DNA from: Blastocystis sp. Blastoise
Lineage: Eukaryota; Protista; Bigyra: Opalinata
Direction of reading: 5' to 3'
Assembly (NCBI GenBank): GCA_039096225.1
Contig: JBBPEB010000028.1
Location: 1-64,000 of the forward strand
DNA length: 64,000 nucleotides
The translations under genes were made by a program, and so were the position numbers. The first letter of the stretch is position 1; each line of letters begins with the position of its first letter. Positions 61,629-64,000 of the stretch are shown here, piece after piece. The notes beneath the pieces are model-generated. The model ran no database searches. It worked only from the letters and a program-made list of their open reading frames with translations, and was not told the DNA's origin.

Positions 61629-62243
61629 ATATATATATTTTCATGATTTTATTTCAGCTTATCAAATATATATATAATATATATCTAATTTCACTTCTTC
61701 TTAAGGTTATATTGTGAACACGTTGATGTTGGTGAAGAGACTTATCGTGAAATCGGATCCGGTATTCGTCCCTTCCATACTCAAGAAGAAATGGAAAATC
61801 GTTTAGTATGTGTTCTTTGTAACTTAAAACCTCGTAAACTTGCTGGTTTCTCTTCTAACGGTATGTTATTATGTGCTTGTATTGATGATCATACCCGCGG
61901 TTCTCTCGTTAATCCTCCTGAAGGCGCCAAAGTCGGTGAACGTGTCATTTTCCCGGGAATGGAAGGTGAACCCGCCACTCCTGCTCAACTTCAAAAGAAG
62001 AAATTCTTAGAAGCTGTTTTACCTGTATATATAATATATAAATAATATGATTAATAATAAATATAATAATAATAATAATAAATATAATCAATATAATAAA
62101 TATAATAAATATAATAACTTATATATAACATATAGGATCTTAAGACTAATGCTGAGGGTGTATGTACTTATAAGGGTGTTCCTTTCACGACTTCTGCTGG
62201 TGTTGTCACTTGCGAACAATTCAAAGACTGCCATATCTCTTAA
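60035..62243 (+). CDS. Arc1p/AIMP1-like aaRS cofactor (GST-like N-domain plus tRNA-binding OB fold), multi-exon
   Basis: [87 protein letters not shown]. Second in-frame ATG at 60143. Confidence 0.88.
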
Positions 62244-62760
62244 TTCTATTAAACACTTTTCTTCAACTACTTTTTGAACTAAATAAAATCAAGTCATTCT
62301 ATGAGCTTTATTTCTTAATTATTCTTTTGTTATTCACTTCTTATTTCATAATAAACTTTAATTTATATATATAATTCGAGAGAGAATTACCCTATAAAAA
62401 TAACTATAACTCACAACAAAGTATCATGATTGTTATTTGGATATGTATATATATCTTATCATTTAACAAAATATCAAATTAATATAATAAAAATATTTAC
62501 TGATTATAAAAAATTCATTAAACTTAAATTTTTATGGTTAAAATTAAATAGAATCGTTTTATAGTAAACAAAGCAATTAAAGAACAATAACAAACAAGTA
62601 TTAAAAGAACATAAACAGCTTGAGCAAAACAATACACCATATGAATGAATAAAATATCCTTATTTATTAATAAATAAAAATACTTTTTTCTCATCAATAT
62701 AAATTATTAAATACATATATAGGATGAATAGTTGATTATTAACTATAGTAATCCTACTAT

Positions 62761-64000
62761 TTATTGTCTACGTGGGTAATAATTATAAGGAGGTCGAGGA
62801 CCCTGAGATCGAGGATTCGGAGGTCGATTACTATATATATATATATATATATATAAAGGTTAATAAAACTGGAAAATATATTATATATTGAAAAGAGTGA
62901 TGATAATATTAATATAATAATAATAATATCAAAATAATATATAATAATATATAATAAACAATATATACTCATAATTAAAGAGCGGTCTATTTGCTTCTCC
63001 CGAGGGTTGATACCTTGTGAATGAGTTTTCTTCTTCTTCTTTAACAGGAGAGATAGAAGCCATAGGAGATCTAGAAGGATTACCATAGGTAGGACGAGTA
63101 ACAGCTCCTTCTTTTGGCATATAATTATTAGATACATTTTGAGATGGAGGATAGGAGGGATAATCACGATCATAGTCCTATATATACAATAATAATAATA
63201 ATAACATTTATATAATAAAAATAATATAATTTCAATATAATAATGAGAATATATAATATATATACATATCTAGAATTATTAGTTGGCGCGTTTCCTCTTG
63301 GAGGGAGTGAGGGATCTTCAGGACGATAGAAATCGGCGGGTCTTGAAGGTATAGATTGACGATCTGGTCGAGGAAGACGAGGATAATCGCGGGAATATGG
63401 AGGATCATTAGGACCAGGTCGAGGAATAGGACGTTGATCATTTGGGGGTCGAGCACGTGGATCGTACGGAGGACGAGCACGTGGATCATAAGGAGGACGT
63501 ACACGAGGATCATAGGGAGGTCGAGCACGTGGATCGTAAGGAGGACGAGCATATCGAGGATCAGGACGTGGATATCGAGGGTCAGGACGTGGATATCGAG
63601 GATCAGCACGAGGATCAGCACGAGGATCACCACGTGGAGGATATCCTTGTGGATATTGTGCTGGATATCGTGGAGGATAACGATGATCTTGAGGATTCAT
63701 ATTAGGGTTAGGACGTGGCATAAGAGAAGGAGAAGTAGAAGAAGAAGGACGAGGTATAAGAGAAGGAGAAGAAGAAGAAGGTGTAAGAGAGAGAGGTCTT
63801 GGTTGTTGTTGTGATGGATAATTATAAGGATTTAAAGAAGATAATTTATTATTAGGAGTAGAAGACGAAGGAGGAAGAGGAGTAGAAGGAGATGTAGTTA
63901 GAGGAGAAGGTTGAAGAGTAGAAGAAGAAGTAGTAGTAGCAGAGGGAAGAAGAGGAAGAGGAATAGATCGACGAACACAGAAGAGTATATGAGGAAATCG
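62761..64000 (-). CDS. 3' part of a Pro/Arg/Ser-rich low-complexity protein; 5' end outside the window
   Basis: Open frame with (PPYDPRAR)n, YPRPDPR and DPRA repeats. Splices to ...PRPPYNYYPRRQ* at 62761. Confidence 0.7.

Noticed and set aside
63232-63814. Overlapping antisense or alternate-frame ORFs (also 336-656, 6665-6934, 19930-20205, 44506-44802, 49276-49584)
   Set aside because: These are shadows of real coding exons or repeats, with no independent motifs.

Overview
This window is from a very AT-rich, gene-dense, intron-rich eukaryotic nuclear chromosome using the standard code. It looks like a protist; a Blastocystis/Opalinata-like stramenopile is a guess that the sequence alone cannot confirm. 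About 22 protein genes can be reconstructed by hand: THOC1, MIF, HPPK-DHPS, a 56-aa membrane microprotein, Faf1/C1orf131-like, WDR33/Pfs2, bystin, a Rim2/SLC25A33-36-type carrier, GT61, a secreted CX5R phosphatase, EFL1, ATP13A1/Spf1, a MORN protein, Nbp35, lumazine synthase, Prp31, an LYR protein, Prp18, Arc1/AIMP1-like, and three unknowns. Five things are not visible in the ORF track. (1) Two inverted copies of a non-autonomous long-TIR element (10030-15613 and 25191-28966) whose ends sit 20-55 bp from host start codons. Each carries a spliced but ORF-less unit followed by a conserved anticodon-less tRNA-like module. (2) A minus-strand H/ACA snoRNA cluster at 45.6-46.7 kb with readable rRNA targets and a compensatory base change. 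(3) Introns made purely of (AT)n. (4) WDR33 fused to three CCHC zinc knuckles, and THOC1 with a PAM2-like motif. (5) Short GC-rich fold-back elements upstream of genes that share a motif with the TIR element. Multi-exon coordinates are hand-spliced gene spans, and family calls come from remembered motifs, not database searches.
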